Source: a virus (taxonomy: Duplodnaviria > Caudoviricetes). Taken from it: a stretch of 42,592 bases of DNA. The notes beneath the pieces are model-generated. The model searched no databases, was not told the origin of the DNA, and saw only the letters and a program-made list of their open reading frames with translations. The stretch covers positions 1 through 42,592 of IMG/VR virus record IMGVR_UViG_3300037183_000135; one strand, 5' to 3'. Of this stretch, positions 1-8,647 are shown one piece after another. Position numbers and translations under genes: made by a program. Each line of letters begins with the position of its first letter. Positions within the stretch are counted from its first letter, which is position 1.

Positions 1-293
1 CCGGGGGAGTACGCGACGGCGCCCTCGATGGCGGTGGTCACGGCCTTCTGGAGCTTGTCCGGGCTGACGTAGAAGTCGACGAAGCGCTTCACGTGCGCGG
101 GGTCCGGCTGCACAGTCTCGTACAGAGAGTCGCCGAGGCCCTGGATGAAGGAGTCGACCTCGGAGTCCTGCACGGGGCGCCCCGCGGCGGCGCGGAACTC
201 CTTCTCGATGGCCTGACGGTTCTTCGTCAGGTAGGACTCGATGGCTTGGTCGAAGGCCTGGAAAACGGCGTCGCCGCTGGCAGTGCGCTGCAT
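1..293 (-). CDS. Hypothetical protein, runs off the window start; possibly virion-associated
   Basis: Not in the ORF track. Manual translation from ATG at 293 gives MQRTASGDAVFQAFDQAIESYLTKNRQAIEKEF..., open to position 1, with GC3-rich codons. Confidence 0.75.
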   Translation of the reverse strand, partial: MQRTASGDAVFQAFDQAIESYLTKNRQAIEKEFRAAAGRPVQDSEVDSFIQGLGDSLYETVQPDPAHVKRFVDFYVSPDKLQKAVTTAIEGAVAYSP

Positions 294-349
294 ACGGTCG
301 AGCGGCGATAAAAGCTGTAGGTCGGAGAAGGGAGGCAGTACGGGAGAAG

Positions 350-655
350 ATGGCCGTCCCCGTACTGATATACGAAGCCGTCATCCTGCTGACGGGAGTC
401 CTCAGGCTAAGGATAGCCCGGGAGAGCGACCACGAAGAACGGGGAGGGAACGAGCTCGGGAGATGGTACGAGTGGAAGGACCAGTCGGCGGCCGACGCTT
501 TCAGGAACGCGAACTTGCTGAGGTCGGCGAAGAAGCTCATGATCCCGGCCACGGCCGTATTCGGTTCGGACTCCGTGTCGGAAATTAACATCTCCTGGGA
601 GAAGAAGTTCCGGGTGAAGAACAGGCTCCTCGCCCACTGGATCATGGAGTCCTGA
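350..655 (+). CDS. Small hypothetical protein with hydrophobic N-terminus and C-terminal IMES tag
   Basis: 101 aa, GGAG upstream, ends LLAHWIMES. Confidence 0.7.
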   Translation: MAVPVLIYEAVILLTGVLRLRIARESDHEERGGNELGRWYEWKDQSAADAFRNANLLRSAKKLMIPATAVFGSDSVSEINISWEKKFRVKNRLLAHWIMES

Positions 656-866
656 CCGGGAACTCGCCGGAGTCCAGGAGGACCATGACCTCCCGGAGGG
701 CGGCGAGGTATCCGGCCACGTAGTAGCCGCTCTCCTCCGCCCCGGACACAAGATGGCGCTTCTCGTCCAGGACATCCTTATGGTCCACGAGAAGGCGGCG
801 CTCCACGTCGAGCACCCGCCGCTGACACTTCCCGAGGGCCTGACGGACCTCTTTGACGTCACTCAT
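642..866 (-). CDS. Hypothetical protein
   Basis: Start MSDVKEV at 866 overlaps the stop of the upstream gene (TGATG coupling). Confidence 0.65.
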   Translation of the reverse strand: MSDVKEVRQALGKCQRRVLDVERRLLVDHKDVLDEKRHLVSGAEESGYYVAGYLAALREVMVLLDSGEFPVRTP

Positions 867-1081
867 CAGGGATCGACCTCGAAGCCAAGGCAAAGGGCGA
901 AGCAGGCCCGGTGATAGACGGCATCCCCGATGCCGTCCGGATCCCCGGCGAAGGGCAGAATGAAGCCCCTGTCCGAGCTGCGCACGTGGACACCACACTG
1001 GATGCAGGCCCGGCCGACCGGGGCCGGCACCCTCTCGATGGTCTCATGGACCGGGGCGTCGGGGTCCCCGAAGTATTGCAC
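866..1081 (-). CDS. Small putative zinc-binding protein
   Basis: CIQC...HRAC motif; starts 9 nt after the stop of the 1091-2191 gene. Confidence 0.6.
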   Translation of the reverse strand: MQYFGDPDAPVHETIERVPAPVGRACIQCGVHVRSSDRGFILPFAGDPDGIGDAVYHRACFALCLGFEVDP

Positions 1082-1090
1082 GTTGCCAGC

Positions 1091-2191
1091 TTACGCCGTC
1101 GAGACCTGAGCACGAAGTTGCGTCGAACTAAAGTCCCAGAGGCCGTCCACCTCGTGGAACAGCTGGGACAGAAGGTCGTAATCCCGGATGCCAGACTTCT
1201 CGAAGACCTTGTACATGGTCAGAACCTCGCCGTCGACGGGACGCTGCGTGATGTAGAAGCGAGTCTTGAGCTGGGAGAGCTCGTAGAGCATGGGAAGAAC
1301 GGGCTGCCCCCACTTCGGGTCGAGCATACGGAGGAGGGCGTCCGCGCCCATGGCGATAGGGGTCCCGGGGAAGCGCCGGGCCTTATCGAGGTATAGCGAG
1401 TCGCCACGCGTGAACAAGCGATCGTGGCCGCGCAGCATGCGAGCACGCTTCAGCAAGTCCTGGAGGGTTAGGGGCGCCTTATGGGGGCCGTCCGCGGTCA
1501 CGTGGAAGACCACCGGCTTGAGGGCCTTCTTCGACACCTCGGAGGCCACGCCGAGGTGTCCGGGATGCGGAGGATTGTAGGCACCCGGCATGAGGACAAT
1601 ATCCTTCGGGATCTCGGACGTCCGCTCGCCGTTCTTCGCAAAAAACGGGTGGGCGTAGAAGCGTTCCAGGGCGAGAGAGGTCGAGTCCTCCACGCCGCGG
1701 GTCGAGACCGTCGCCCGCCAGTCCAGGTTGACAGCCTGAAAGAGAAGGGAGAGGCCGACGGAGTCGCAGATCACGCCGTCGCTGAGGCGATAGTCCTCCC
1801 CGACGCCCTTGACCAAAACCTGGTTCATGGAGACGACCTGCTCGTCGGTGATAAGGCACGCATGGACCCGGTGTTCACCACGATGCTCGCGCTCGCTGGC
1901 GACGGAGGCCGTGAGACCCAGTCCGACGGGCTTCTTCCCGCCGAACGAGTAGGCGCGCTGATAGGCGACGCAGGCGAGATCGATCGCCGCCTCGGGGGAA
2001 CAATAGCTCTCCGGGACGAAGCCGAGGGTCTTGTCGGTCTCGGCCTGCCGGTAGGGGAAGGAGGCGCCGGACAGGTAGGCCGAGCTGCCGGGGACCTCCC
2101 ACAGCTTCTGCTGCAGCCCAGCCCCTCCGCCGGTGCAGATAATATGGATGCTGACTCCGGCGGCCTTGAGTTCGTCTGCCCAGGGGATCAT
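1091..2191 (-). CDS. CinA/PncC-like domain fused to a HxGH nucleotidyltransferase (NadD/NMNAT-like)
   Basis: N-terminal CTGGG...PGSSAYL resembles CinA C-terminal domains. C-terminal PGAYNPPHPGH, MGAD and SSTQLR are cytidylyltransferase-like superfamily motifs. Lies next to NAMPT. Confidence 0.75.
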   Translation of the reverse strand: MIPWADELKAAGVSIHIICTGGGAGLQQKLWEVPGSSAYLSGASFPYRQAETDKTLGFVPESYCSPEAAIDLACVAYQRAYSFGGKKPVGLGLTASVASEREHRGEHRVHACLITDEQVVSMNQVLVKGVGEDYRLSDGVICDSVGLSLLFQAVNLDWRATVSTRGVEDSTSLALERFYAHPFFAKNGERTSEIPKDIVLMPGAYNPPHPGHLGVASEVSKKALKPVVFHVTADGPHKAPLTLQDLLKRARMLRGHDRLFTRGDSLYLDKARRFPGTPIAMGADALLRMLDPKWGQPVLPMLYELSQLKTRFYITQRPVDGEVLTMYKVFEKSGIRDYDLLSQLFHEVDGLWDFSSTQLRAQVSTA

Positions 2192-2202
2192 TCTCTTACT
2201 CT

Positions 2203-2424
2203 CTAGTGTGTCTGAGGGGTGGGCTCCAGGACAGCTCGGGTCGTGTTTGCCTCGTGCTTGGAGCCCTCAAAGTCAACGTGGACGATATTGCAGTCGTGGT
2301 TCCGACACCAGACCTGGAAGCCGAGCGGGGTCCATCCAGCCTCGATATTCTGGGGAAGACTCTCCTTCAGGCAGGCCCCACAGTGCATGAAGGCCTGGAT
2401 CTCCTTGGTGTTCGGAATGCTCAC
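2203..2424 (-). CDS. Small Cys/His-rich hypothetical protein
   Basis: HCGAC...WCRNH motifs; fills the gap in the NAD operon. Confidence 0.65.
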   Translation of the reverse strand: MSIPNTKEIQAFMHCGACLKESLPQNIEAGWTPLGFQVWCRNHDCNIVHVDFEGSKHEANTTRAVLEPTPQTH

Positions 2425-2439
2425 GGGGGCGGATAGAGA

Positions 2440-2466
2440 GCGCGGCCCGGGACCTACGGGCCGCGC
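2440..2466 (-). terminator. GC-rich hairpin downstream of NAMPT
   Basis: Perfect 10-bp stem GCGCGGCCCG/CGGGCCGCGC with a 7-nt loop; weak pyrimidine tail on the minus strand. Confidence 0.55.
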
Positions 2467-2472
2467 CGGCCG

Positions 2473-3903
2473 TCACGCAGCGAGCAGGAACTCCGCGCCG
2501 GCGAGGGCCCGGACCTCGCCGAGGTTCTGATGGCGGAGAGTACGCCCCGTGTCCCAGACGTCCTCCATGATGTTCGTGACGAGCTCTCCCGGAAGCGTCC
2601 GGTAGATCCCGTTCTCAAGGACGAGGGAGTGTCGGCCGCGGAAGCTGGCCTTCCCCGGATCCGTCTTCGGATCCTTGAAGATCTCGCAGACAACACCGTC
2701 GATGACGGCGTCCCAGCACTTGTAGGCGAACTTGTTCGTGTCGCGGTTGAGGCCCTTCTGGAGAAGCTCGCCGCCCATGCCGAACGCGATGTTCGAAGCG
2801 GAGTAGCCGGCGGCCATCATAGCGCCGAGGATCTCGTCGATCGCCTCGAGGCTGACGCCGTCGCCCTGGATGAGGCGAACCCAGCCCGGAAGGACCTTGT
2901 AGCCCTTCGAGTTCTTGGTCATCCCGACCTTGCGCTCGAGGATCTCCAGGCTCTTCAGGATGATGTCCAGGGGGACGCCGGAGTCAGGACGGACGACGAC
3001 GGTCGACCCGCTCGCCTCGATCTCCGCGGCCAGCTCGCCGCCCCACATGTTCTCGACCACGTCGAAGTAGTCGTAAGTGTCGGAGACGCACGCCCAGACG
3101 GCGCCCTTCCTCCCGAACGCCTTGAACATATGGCGGTAGAAGTCGCCCTGACGAGCGCGTCCCCACTTACAGGCGGTCGAGTGCTCGGCGGCAGGGATGC
3201 TGCAGCCGGCCTGGGTCGGGCTCACAGTGTTGGCGTCCGGGCCGTAGAAATTGTCCGCATAGAGGACGCCCATGTACGTGTCCGTCCCCATGAAGTTCAC
3301 GAGATGGGACATGCCGCCGATACCGGCCTGCTCACGGCAGGTGACGGCACGGCCGCCGAAGTCGTGGAGCTTGTACGGAAGCTCGGCCAGCGGGTTGTCC
3401 GAGGTCAGCTCGAGGTACTTGAAAATGGTCTTCTTCGCCTCGTAGCTCTTGGTGGCCACCGAGATCGGATACCACTGGCGGACGACCTGAGTCTCGACGT
3501 AACCGGCGGCCCAAGAGAGCTCGGGGTCCGTCGAGCGGACGTCCAGAAGAATGTTGTTGGTCGGAATGATCGAGCCCTCCTTGGGAGCCCGAATCTTGAC
3601 CGGAAGGTACCCATTGTGGCGCTCGAGGATCTTGAGCCAGCCCTCGCGGTTGAAGGGCGTCCCGTAGGCAGGCAGCTTCTCCGAGGCGTAGTTAATCTGG
3701 TCGAGGGTGACCGGATCCGAGAGCTCCTCATTCAGGAAGCGCTGGAGGCCGAAGAACACGGTCTTGTCGAACTTCCCGCCACGCGAGGAGAGATAGAAGC
3801 CGGACTCGGTCGTGTTGGGAGGGTCCTGGAGCCAGTGGCTGAACTTGTAGCCGTCGGTGTCGAGGATGTTGCCTACGAGGCGTGACAGGTTGAGGTTTCT
3901 CAT
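2473..3903 (-). CDS. nadV: Nicotinamide phosphoribosyltransferase (NAMPT/NadV)
   Basis: Motifs DTDGYKFSH, KLHDFGGR, SIPAAEHS, VSDTYD, VVRPDSG, IQGDGV, AFGMGGELLQ, NRDT, KDPKTDPGK. Confidence 0.93.
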   Translation of the reverse strand: MRNLNLSRLVGNILDTDGYKFSHWLQDPPNTTESGFYLSSRGGKFDKTVFFGLQRFLNEELSDPVTLDQINYASEKLPAYGTPFNREGWLKILERHNGYLPVKIRAPKEGSIIPTNNILLDVRSTDPELSWAAGYVETQVVRQWYPISVATKSYEAKKTIFKYLELTSDNPLAELPYKLHDFGGRAVTCREQAGIGGMSHLVNFMGTDTYMGVLYADNFYGPDANTVSPTQAGCSIPAAEHSTACKWGRARQGDFYRHMFKAFGRKGAVWACVSDTYDYFDVVENMWGGELAAEIEASGSTVVVRPDSGVPLDIILKSLEILERKVGMTKNSKGYKVLPGWVRLIQGDGVSLEAIDEILGAMMAAGYSASNIAFGMGGELLQKGLNRDTNKFAYKCWDAVIDGVVCEIFKDPKTDPGKASFRGRHSLVLENGIYRTLPGELVTNIMEDVWDTGRTLRHQNLGEVRALAGAEFLLAA

Positions 3904-3904
3904 A

Positions 3905-4612
3905 TCAAGCTCCTTCTTTCAGCCCGAACTTCAAATCAAGAACGATCCCGGATTTCTCCAGTTCCCGGTACGAGGACCGGTCAAACCTATATAGGGCAGA
4001 GCGCGGAGTGGTGAGGGCCTCTCTTCCCGTTTTCTTCAGAAACCCGAGGCCGAGCATTCTCCGCTGGAAGTTCCTCTTGTCGAGAGGAGAGTCGATGAGA
4101 CACTCGTAAAGACCCTGTAGTTGAGTCAGGGTGAACTCCCCTGGAAGGAGACCAAAACCTACAGGAGAGTATCTGACCTTGGCTTTCAGGCGGGAGACGG
4201 CCGTCGCCACTATGGAGGCGTGATCAAAAGCCAGATCAGGAAGATCCGAAACGGGAAACCAGCGTGCCTCGGCAGCATCAGAGGATGCCTTCGGAGAGTG
4301 ATCAAGGGTCGGAGTGAGAGCGAAATACGCGATCGATATTACCCTTCCGCGCGGGTCACGCTTCGGGGCGCCGTACGTGTACAGTTGTTCCAAGTGGGAA
4401 ACAACGATCCCAGTTTCCTCCTCCAACTCTCTCTTGGCAGCGTCATCGAGAGACTCGTTCATGTTAACAAAGCCGCCAGGGAGAGCCCAGAAGTCCTTGA
4501 ACGGGGAGCCTTTCCTCCGGATGAGGAGGATCTCGAGCCCGGAATCTGACTGGACGCCGAAAACGACGGCATCGACGGTAACGGAGGGTCGTGGATATTT
4601 ATAGGTCGGCAT
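3905..4612 (-). CDS. nrtR: NrtR-like Nudix hydrolase plus winged-HTH (ADP-ribose-responsive regulator family)
   Basis: Nudix box GGFVNMNESLDDAAKRELEEETG, RDPRGR, LAFDH; C-terminal FTLTQLQ...DKRNF wHTH; directly upstream of nadV. Confidence 0.85.
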   Translation of the reverse strand: MPTYKYPRPSVTVDAVVFGVQSDSGLEILLIRRKGSPFKDFWALPGGFVNMNESLDDAAKRELEEETGIVVSHLEQLYTYGAPKRDPRGRVISIAYFALTPTLDHSPKASSDAAEARWFPVSDLPDLAFDHASIVATAVSRLKAKVRYSPVGFGLLPGEFTLTQLQGLYECLIDSPLDKRNFQRRMLGLGFLKKTGREALTTPRSALYRFDRSSYRELEKSGIVLDLKFGLKEGA

Positions 4613-4642
4613 TATGTGTTATAGTACACTATTGACTGTGTA

Positions 4643-5026
4643 ATGCAGAACATCATAAGAAATCTAGAGAACGCAAAGGCACGGACGAAGCCGCAGCATG
4701 ACGTGCGCACGGACCAGATCCTGGTGACGATCTATGCGGTCGAACATATAAAGACGGGGGACATTGTCTATGTCGGCGCCTCGACCGATCCGGAAGCAAG
4801 ATGGCGGAGACCCGCCCAAACTGTGAAGTTAGATAAGATAATTCATCTAGAAGAAACCATTCTTCTCTACCAGGTCGAGCGGGAGACCTTCTGGATAGAA
4901 GAAATGTTGAAAAGAGGATATAAGCTGAGCAACAAGTCGGCACCCCAGAGAATCCAAGTGAGCTCATATGTGCACGAGCTGCCACAACCGCATCGGAATC
5001 GGCCACCTGGAAAGCTGGAAAGATAG
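4643..5026 (+). CDS. GIY-YIG family endonuclease (short)
   Basis: TIYAV...VYVGAS...RW...ERETFWI...N motif order; visibly lower GC than the flanks. Confidence 0.7.
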   Translation: MQNIIRNLENAKARTKPQHDVRTDQILVTIYAVEHIKTGDIVYVGASTDPEARWRRPAQTVKLDKIIHLEETILLYQVERETFWIEEMLKRGYKLSNKSAPQRIQVSSYVHELPQPHRNRPPGKLER

Positions 5027-5061
5027 CGTAGCTACAGAACCGGGCACCGTAAGGTGCCGAG

Positions 5062-5286
5062 ATGGCGTCGACGGTGACAAAGGTGCGGTGGTGGCTCGAC
5101 TCGGTCCGGGGCCTGAAAGCCCACATAGACCTCTACAAGCACATGTACCGCCTCGCCCAGAACGTGCCGGTGAACCAGAGGACGAGGGCGCTCGCGGACC
5201 AGCTCCGGAGGCAGGAGGGAATGATCGGCTTCTGCCTCCTCCACGTCATACTCGTTCACCCGGTCGGAAGCGGAAGGATGGATTAA
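5062..5286 (+). CDS. Hypothetical protein
   Basis: 74 aa, ends 3 nt before the next start. Confidence 0.5.
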   Translation: MASTVTKVRWWLDSVRGLKAHIDLYKHMYRLAQNVPVNQRTRALADQLRRQEGMIGFCLLHVILVHPVGSGRMD

Positions 5287-5289
5287 CTC

Positions 5290-5649
5290 ATGGAATACGA
5301 GGCGTTCCTGACCAAGGTCATAGACGACGGCATCGCGGCAGCCACGAAGAGCTACGCGTCGCGCCCGGACAAGCTCAAGGGGGCGGTGGCCGGATTCGAG
5401 GCCTGCAGGGGAAAGAGCCCCGAGCAACTAAAGTCCGAGCTCGAGACGGCAGGAAAGGCCACAGAGATGGCGCGGATCTGCAGGGCGAACAACTACTGGG
5501 AAGTCCGCTGCTTCGAGGCGGAGGTCGAATGGGTTTGCAACGTCGTGAGCGCCGCGATGGCCAGTCAGAACGCGCCGACGATCGTCAGCCCGACCGCGCG
5601 AGGGGTCATGAAGGCAGCCGACGTCCTGGGCGTCAGGGGCGCATCGTGA
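5290..5649 (+). CDS. Hypothetical protein
   Basis: 119 aa with typical codon usage; stop overlaps the coaD start (GTGA). Confidence 0.75.
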   Translation: MEYEAFLTKVIDDGIAAATKSYASRPDKLKGAVAGFEACRGKSPEQLKSELETAGKATEMARICRANNYWEVRCFEAEVEWVCNVVSAAMASQNAPTIVSPTARGVMKAADVLGVRGAS

Positions 5650-6173
5650 GGGCGGCGAAGGCGATCTACGCCGGCTCCTACGACCCGTTCACGTACGGGC
5701 ACAAGGCGGTGGCGGAGGACACCCTGAAGATCTTCGGGAGGGTCGTCATAGCCATCGGGACAAACGGGTCGAAGGCTCCGCTCTTCAAGACGGAGAGGAA
5801 AATAGAGATCATCAAGGGATACTGGCCGGGCGAGACGTTCGGGGTGGACGACAGAATCCAGGTAACAACGTTCTCAGGGCTCCTCACCCAGTTCTGCCGC
5901 GAGTGGACCGAGAACGCGGTCCTCATACGAGGCCTACGGGCCGTGTCGGACTTCGAGTCCGAGATGGTCATAGCGGCCGCGAACCGCAGGCTGAGCGACC
6001 AGGTCTCGACCGTGTTCATCCCCACGCAGCCGGAGGTCGCCTACATCTCCTCTAGCGTCGTGAAGGAGATCGCCCGGAACACGACCCAGATAGCGGATCT
6101 CCTCCCCTACGTCACTCGCGACGTAGCGGAGGAGATGATGTCTCAGATCGGGCTCGGCTTTCCGAGGAAGTAG
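5646..6173 (+). CDS. coaD: Phosphopantetheine adenylyltransferase
   Basis: AIYAGSYDPFTYGH, LIRGLRAVSDFESE, ISSSVVKEIA. True start is GTG 5646 inside ORF 4968..6173. Confidence 0.9.
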   Translation: MRAAKAIYAGSYDPFTYGHKAVAEDTLKIFGRVVIAIGTNGSKAPLFKTERKIEIIKGYWPGETFGVDDRIQVTTFSGLLTQFCREWTENAVLIRGLRAVSDFESEMVIAAANRRLSDQVSTVFIPTQPEVAYISSSVVKEIARNTTQIADLLPYVTRDVAEEMMSQIGLGFPRK

Positions 6174-6174
6174 C

Positions 6175-7368
6175 TCAGACCGTCTTGCCGTTGACGGTGA
6201 TCTTCGTCGCGCCGGTGATGACGATGGTGTCCGTCGCGGGCGCGGGCGGAACCGGGGGCGTCGGGACCGGAGGAACAGGCGGCGTCGGGACCGGAGGAGG
6301 GACCGGCGCCGCGCCCTTCAGGAGGGAGAACATCTTCGCCGCCACGGGGACACCGTTGCCGGTGCAGTCGTCGTAGCCCGCGCGGGCCACGTACGTCCCG
6401 TTGTTCCCGGACGTGATGTCGCGGAAAGCGCCGGCCTGGAGCATGTAGATCCTGTCGTTCCAGAAGCCGAGGTTCTTGCCGAGGGCCGCGCCGAGAATGG
6501 CCGAGAGGGCCGCCCACATGGGAGCGACGGCCGAGGTGCCGCCGATGACCATGCTCTGGCCGTCGACCACGACGACCCAGCCGGTGTTCGGATCGGCGAC
6601 TCCGGCGACGTCCGGGACGCCGCGGTTCTTGCCGCCGGGGACGTTCGCCGAGGCCTGCCAAGCCGGGATGGCGAAGAGGGAGCTCACGCCGCCGCCGGTG
6701 GCGCCGCCCGCGGAGCCGTCGTTCCAGACGACCTCGTTGACGGGGCTCGTGGCGGTGAGGGAGGTGCCGCCGCAGCCCATGACGTACGGGGAGCTGGCGG
6801 GGAAGTCGACGTGCTTACCCTTCTCGCCGTCGGTCGACCCGTTGTCGCCGGCCGCTGCGGTGACCGTAATCCCGGCGGCCGCGGCGGCCTGGAAGGCGGA
6901 GTTGAAGGAGGAGACGGAGGCCGAGCTCCACTGGTCCTCGGCGGCGCCCCAGGAGATGGAGATAGCGTCCATCTTGTCCGTGATCGCCTGCTGGATGGCC
7001 TTGAGGAAGCCGGAGTCCGTGTTGTCCGCCATGTAGCAGTGCATCTGCACGCCGGGGGCCATGCCGCCGATGACGCAGAGGTCGAGCATGACCTCGCCGT
7101 CCGCGCCGTTCGGGTCGCCGGGGGCGTTCTGGGCGCCGTCGATCGAGTGAAAGATCACGGGCTTGACGGTCAAGCCCATGGACTTGAAGTACGTGTCGAG
7201 GTCCGACTGGACGTACCCCCCGCCCAGCTCGATAACGGCCACGTTCTTTCCGGTCCCGTCGCCCACGGCGGTGAAGCCGTAAAAGGCGGCGAGCTGCTTC
7301 GGAGTGTAGTTGACGCCGGCAGTGTTATGGTTGAAGCGACTATGCTTTAGGTATGACTTGAACTTCAT
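6175..7368 (-). CDS. S53 sedolisin/kumamolisin-like serine-carboxyl peptidase without prodomain
   Basis: Catalytic EVMLD (Glu/Asp), AAAGDNG, GGTSAVAP (Ser), Ca-site GYDDCTGNG. Start MKFKSY at 7368 with AGGAG SD. Confidence 0.9.
   Translation of the reverse strand: MKFKSYLKHSRFNHNTAGVNYTPKQLAAFYGFTAVGDGTGKNVAVIELGGGYVQSDLDTYFKSMGLTVKPVIFHSIDGAQNAPGDPNGADGEVMLDLCVIGGMAPGVQMHCYMADNTDSGFLKAIQQAITDKMDAISISWGAAEDQWSSASVSSFNSAFQAAAAAGITVTAAAGDNGSTDGEKGKHVDFPASSPYVMGCGGTSLTATSPVNEVVWNDGSAGGATGGGVSSLFAIPAWQASANVPGGKNRGVPDVAGVADPNTGWVVVVDGQSMVIGGTSAVAPMWAALSAILGAALGKNLGFWNDRIYMLQAGAFRDITSGNNGTYVARAGYDDCTGNGVPVAAKMFSLLKGAAPVPPPVPTPPVPPVPTPPVPPAPATDTIVITGATKITVNGKTV
6240..6312 (-). repeat. Coding repeat giving a Pro-rich linker (PVPPPVPTPPVPPVPTPPVPPAP)
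   Basis: GGCGTCGGGACCGG repeated within the C-terminus of the peptidase. Confidence 0.7.
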
Positions 7369-7405
7369 GGGACACTCCTGGGAGAAACTCCCCGCCACCA
7401 TATGT

Positions 7406-7750
7406 TCAGACGCGCGCTGAGCGGTCGAGCGCCGCCTGGAGGAGGCGGAGGCTCGTGGCTGCGAAGCGGCGGCTGCGTGACGACGCGACACCGGAGGCGA
7501 CGTACCTCAGGTACTTCGACACGGTCTCCGGGCTAGGGCTCTCGAGGACGGCCGCGACGGCCTTGATCTTCCCCTCGAGCTCGGCCGCCCAGTCCAGGAG
7601 GCCCTTGGCCTCGTCCTCGGACAGGCCGTGCCGGACGAGACTCTCGACCTCGGCATGGAGGCTCTTGAGCTCCTCGCCCAGGATCGACTCGATGGTCTGG
7701 TCGTGAACGGGAGCGCCACCCGTGATCTGGGCCTGTGCCGGCTGCGTCAT
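7406..7750 (-). CDS. Hypothetical protein
   Basis: Helical, charged ORF; start MTQPAQ preferred over 7768. Confidence 0.6.
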   Translation of the reverse strand: MTQPAQAQITGGAPVHDQTIESILGEELKSLHAEVESLVRHGLSEDEAKGLLDWAAELEGKIKAVAAVLESPSPETVSKYLRYVASGVASSRSRRFAATSLRLLQAALDRSARV

Positions 7751-7773
7751 GAACAGCCGGCCCCACAAAAGGC

Positions 7774-8613
7774 TCAGGCGCGCTCGGAACGACGGACTCT
7801 CTGTCGTTCATTAGCACATTCTCGGCAATATCTATGTCCACCAGGACGGGGCCGAGCGTTCGCCATATCGTGACCGTGAATACAAAAGTCCTTCTTCGGG
7901 GGACGGTGCCGTGTTTTCGCGATGTGCTCAGGACTTAGTTTTCTCCCCGTGAGCTTTGCAATGTGTTCTGGGCTCAGCTTCCTCCCAATAAGGGCTGCAG
8001 ACAGATTCTTGCGGGCCTCGTCACTTGTGGTGGCGCGGGTCCGACCGCGGACTAAGTCCGACACCTTTTGGCGACGCTCGGGGAGAGCCATCGACTTACG
8101 GATACCATCGACGTTCCTAGCCCTATAACCAGGATCAAGATGTTTGGCTCTCGCGATATCCGAGAGCTTTGCACGGACTTCCGGGCTCTGCAAGGAAGCT
8201 TTGTTCTTCGCGCGGGACTCAGGCGTGCGACATCCGGACATATCTTTCGGATGATTCGCCCGAAACTCTGGGCGATCCCATGGGTTCTTGACGGGATGAG
8301 GAGCGTGTTCTCCACCTCTTGCCAGATTGAACCCTCTGGCCGGATCCAGAGTGCCGAGATCCTCGATCCAACGCTCCTCAGCGGCATTCGCCTCTTCGAG
8401 CGTCGAGCAGACCTCGAGGACCTCGTGCGAAAAGGCTTCCTTCCCGTACTTGCGGATGGCGGCCCAGAAGTGAGCACAGCCCTTCCCTCGCTTCGCCCTA
8501 GCGTTCTGAACGTGTTGATTCCAACGGAAGAGCATCGTCTTCTTCGTCAGACCGACGTAGCGGCGGCCTGAGGCGACGTGCGTGTGTGAGTAGACGATCC
8601 AGCGGGGCTCCAT
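7774..8613 (-). CDS. GIY-YIG (Seg-like) homing endonuclease with NUMOD3-type repeats and a C-terminal zinc finger
   Basis: IVYSHTH...RYVGLT...RW..H...EERWI...GFN; two GRKLSPEHIAK repeats; CIHGH...CREC. Confidence 0.85.
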   Translation of the reverse strand: MEPRWIVYSHTHVASGRRYVGLTKKTMLFRWNQHVQNARAKRGKGCAHFWAAIRKYGKEAFSHEVLEVCSTLEEANAAEERWIEDLGTLDPARGFNLARGGEHAPHPVKNPWDRPEFRANHPKDMSGCRTPESRAKNKASLQSPEVRAKLSDIARAKHLDPGYRARNVDGIRKSMALPERRQKVSDLVRGRTRATTSDEARKNLSAALIGRKLSPEHIAKLTGRKLSPEHIAKTRHRPPKKDFCIHGHDMANARPRPGGHRYCRECANERQRVRRSERA

Positions 8614-8647
8614 GAAGGAACCCTACCGGACCAATACTCGTGAGGCG

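Noticed and set aside
641-655. TCATGGAGTC as an attC-like DNA recombination site
   Set aside because: The instances at gene ends are in the same frame before a stop and vary at synonymous positions, with no flanking inverted repeat. A protein-level explanation is preferred.
4968-5645. Apparent 226-aa N-terminal extension on CoaD
   Set aside because: It is an off-frame reading of the 5062 and 5290 genes; the CoaD motifs begin at GTG 5646.
7369-7768. Possible split prodomain of the S53 peptidase
   Set aside because: No resemblance to the sedolisin prodomain is visible, and the peptidase has its own SD and ATG at 7368.
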